Of a stretch of 38,299 nt of DNA, positions 36,854 to 38,299 are shown piece by piece. Within the stretch, counting starts at the first letter, position 1. Each line of letters begins with the position of its first letter. Below the pieces are notes generated by a model. That model did not search any database, was not told the DNA's origin, and saw nothing but the letters and a program-made list of their open reading frames with translations. Source of the stretch: an uncultured Methanosarcinales archaeon (lineage in GTDB: Archaea; Nanobdellota; Nanobdellia; Woesearchaeales; CAYSVS01). Both the position numbers and the translations under genes were made by a program. Location: assembly GCA_964589485.1 (NCBI GenBank), contig CAZPRK010000008.1, forward strand, positions 1 to 38,299, written 5' to 3'.

Positions 36854-37660
36854 ATGGAAATTACTGTAATAGGTGATACTTTTTTAAATTTTGTAGTTAA
36901 AGAAAATAAAAGTTTATCTAATAAAAACATTAATCCTACTAATTTTAATATGACTTTAGGAGGGCAAGCTGCCAATTGCGCCTATGCTTTAGCTGAACTA
37001 GGTGTTAAAGTTACTTTTATTACTTGCATAGGTAAAGATTCTCTTAATGATAAGATTTTGAAAAAATTAAAAAAAGTTAACTTGAAGTTACAAAAAAGTA
37101 AAGAAAATGCAATTTCTTTCATTCTACAAAATCATAAAAAAAATAAGTATTTTAACAGCGGAGCAAATGCTAACCTTAAATTTAAAAATAAAATAAAAAC
37201 AGATTATGTATTTCTTGGCGGATTATGGCACATCCCCAACTTTGATGTTACAAAATGTTTTAAAGATTTAAATGCGACTATTTTCATAGACCCAGGATAT
37301 AACGATAAACCTAACTTTAAAAGATTACATTCTACTTTGAAATACGCAGACTATTTCTTAGCAGATAAAGAAGAATTAACACTTTTTAGTAAAAGTGAAT
37401 CTTTTCAACAAGCTCTAAAAAAAGTATCTTCTACATGCAAATTAGGAATTCACATGGGAAGTGAAGGAAGCGCGTTATTTGAAAAAGGAAAATTAATTAA
37501 AGCTAAATCTGTTAAATATAAAGGAAATGTTCATAATGCAGGAGATTACTGGAATGCTGGCTTTATTTATGCTACCATGAGAGAGTTTACTACAAAAAAA
37601 AGATTAAGTTTTGCAAACAAATTTGCAATAGAAATGATAAAAAAACAAGAGGAACTGTAA
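36854..37660 (+). CDS. PfkB/ribokinase-family carbohydrate kinase (paralog 2)
   Basis: GGQAAN.A.ALAELG and NAGDYWNAGF. GGGGTGA RBS. Collinear with the protein at 27140-27949. Confidence 0.86.
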   Translation: MEITVIGDTFLNFVVKENKSLSNKNINPTNFNMTLGGQAANCAYALAELGVKVTFITCIGKDSLNDKILKKLKKVNLKLQKSKENAISFILQNHKKNKYFNSGANANLKFKNKIKTDYVFLGGLWHIPNFDVTKCFKDLNATIFIDPGYNDKPNFKRLHSTLKYADYFLADKEELTLFSKSESFQQALKKVSSTCKLGIHMGSEGSALFEKGKLIKAKSVKYKGNVHNAGDYWNAGFIYATMREFTTKKRLSFANKFAIEMIKKQEEL

Positions 37661-37662
37661 AA

Positions 37663-38064
37663 ATGTATCAATTAAATTTTGCGAGATGCCTTGACCATGG
37701 GCTAATTGTAACTATTCAAAAAAACAATAAACAATTGGAAACTATGATAAAAACCATAGACAAAAAAATAAAATATTGGCTTAATAATAAAGCGCCATTT
37801 GAAATTAAAATTGAAAATTATTGTGACATCATTGAAAGCATTATTATCGCTGACCTATATAATAGAAATTATAGATGTACAAACAATATGGCAATAAGTG
37901 GGTGCGCAAAAGAAAATTATAAATCTAATTTTAAAATCATTAAAGCTTTGTTAACCACAAAAGAAAATATCAAAATGAAAGGTAAAGTGAATGAAGATTT
38001 TTTAAAAAAAAATGAAAGTCAAATTAAAATAGCTATCAAAAATATGAGAAATTCAATAAAATAA
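37663..38064 (+). CDS. hypothetical helical protein (possibly a degenerate HEPN-like domain)
   Basis: 133-aa ORF 2 nt after pfkB. It loosely resembles archaeal HEPN proteins but has no RxxxxH. Confidence 0.55.
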   Translation: MYQLNFARCLDHGLIVTIQKNNKQLETMIKTIDKKIKYWLNNKAPFEIKIENYCDIIESIIIADLYNRNYRCTNNMAISGCAKENYKSNFKIIKALLTTKENIKMKGKVNEDFLKKNESQIKIAIKNMRNSIK

Positions 38065-38091
38065 GTTTACACATCAAAAAAAAAGGGGATT

Positions 38092-38299
38092 ATGATTACA
38101 GCTAAAATTTCAGAAGATAATCTTGATTTTATCAAGCAACTACTAGAACATTCTACTGAAAGTATTTATATTATAAACGCTAAAAGTCTAAAGATACTCT
38201 ATGCGAATTCTAAAGCATGTAAAAGCATAAAATATTCAAGAAATGATTTAATTAAAAAATAATATCAGTTGTAGGATCTAAGCCATGGCCTATTAATAA
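38092..38299 (+). pseudogene. PAS-domain protein fragment, stop at 38260-38262 after an A6 run
   Basis: GGGG RBS. MITAKISEDNLDFIKQLLEHSTESIYIINAKSLKILYANSKACKSIKYSRNDLIKK* matches the first half of a PAS fold; one extra A would open the frame to the window end. Confidence 0.5.

Noticed and set aside
4877..36975. Short ORFs opposite real genes (4877, 5590, 15985, 17833, 20432, 21133, 21504, 22583, 25232, 25507, 26386, 28127, 29865, 31110, 32624, 33357, 33822, 35300, 35977, 36772)
   Set aside because: Each lies antisense to a well-supported CDS and has the F/L/S/I-rich composition typical of shadow frames.
37663..38064. Active HEPN toxin or toxin-antitoxin pair
   Set aside because: There is no RxxxxH motif and no adjacent nucleotidyltransferase; the similarity is only impressionistic.
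1..38299. CRISPR array, tRNA/rRNA, IS element, prophage, alternative genetic code
   Set aside because: I saw no regularly spaced repeats, no GC-rich RNA-gene islands and no transposase, integrase or capsid motifs. Conserved genes translate full-length with the standard code.

Overview
A very AT-rich, gene-dense archaeal chromosomal segment. CDC48/VCP, TATA-like promoters and GGTGA/GAGGTG ribosome-binding sites indicate an archaeon; a DPANN/Woesearchaeota-like host is my inference. From left to right: (1) a partial UPF0182 membrane protein, a Nif3-like protein, an AAA-wHTH ATPase, CDC48 with its small upstream neighbour, TatD and lipoproteins. (2) An ~11 kb deoxynucleotide/folate/cobalamin cluster: P-loop kinase, thyA, folA, glyA, folK, a cob(I)alamin adenosyltransferase with a Cys-rich insert, class II RNR nrdJ preceded by two NrdR-box-like sites 31 bp apart, folC, an MtrA-like corrinoid domain fused to a degenerate thymidylate-synthase fold, tmk, an NrdG-like radical SAM protein and dut. 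(3) A Fic protein with repeated upstream sites and a metallophosphoesterase. (4) An intergenic ~270-nt element with five nested inverted repeats, a candidate structured RNA. (5) A sugar module (GT4-HAD fusion, two PfkB paralogs, GH15, split transketolase, FAD oxidoreductase, glycerate kinase) interrupted by a rhodanese/thioredoxin/CxxC-microprotein/CcdA-like operon. I saw no CRISPR array, rRNA, tRNA or transposase. The strongest leads are the MtrA-ThyA pseudoenzyme in a B12/dTTP cluster, the candidate ncRNA, the archaeal NrdR boxes and the Cys-rich adenosyltransferase. All family assignments come from recognising motifs by eye, not from database searches.
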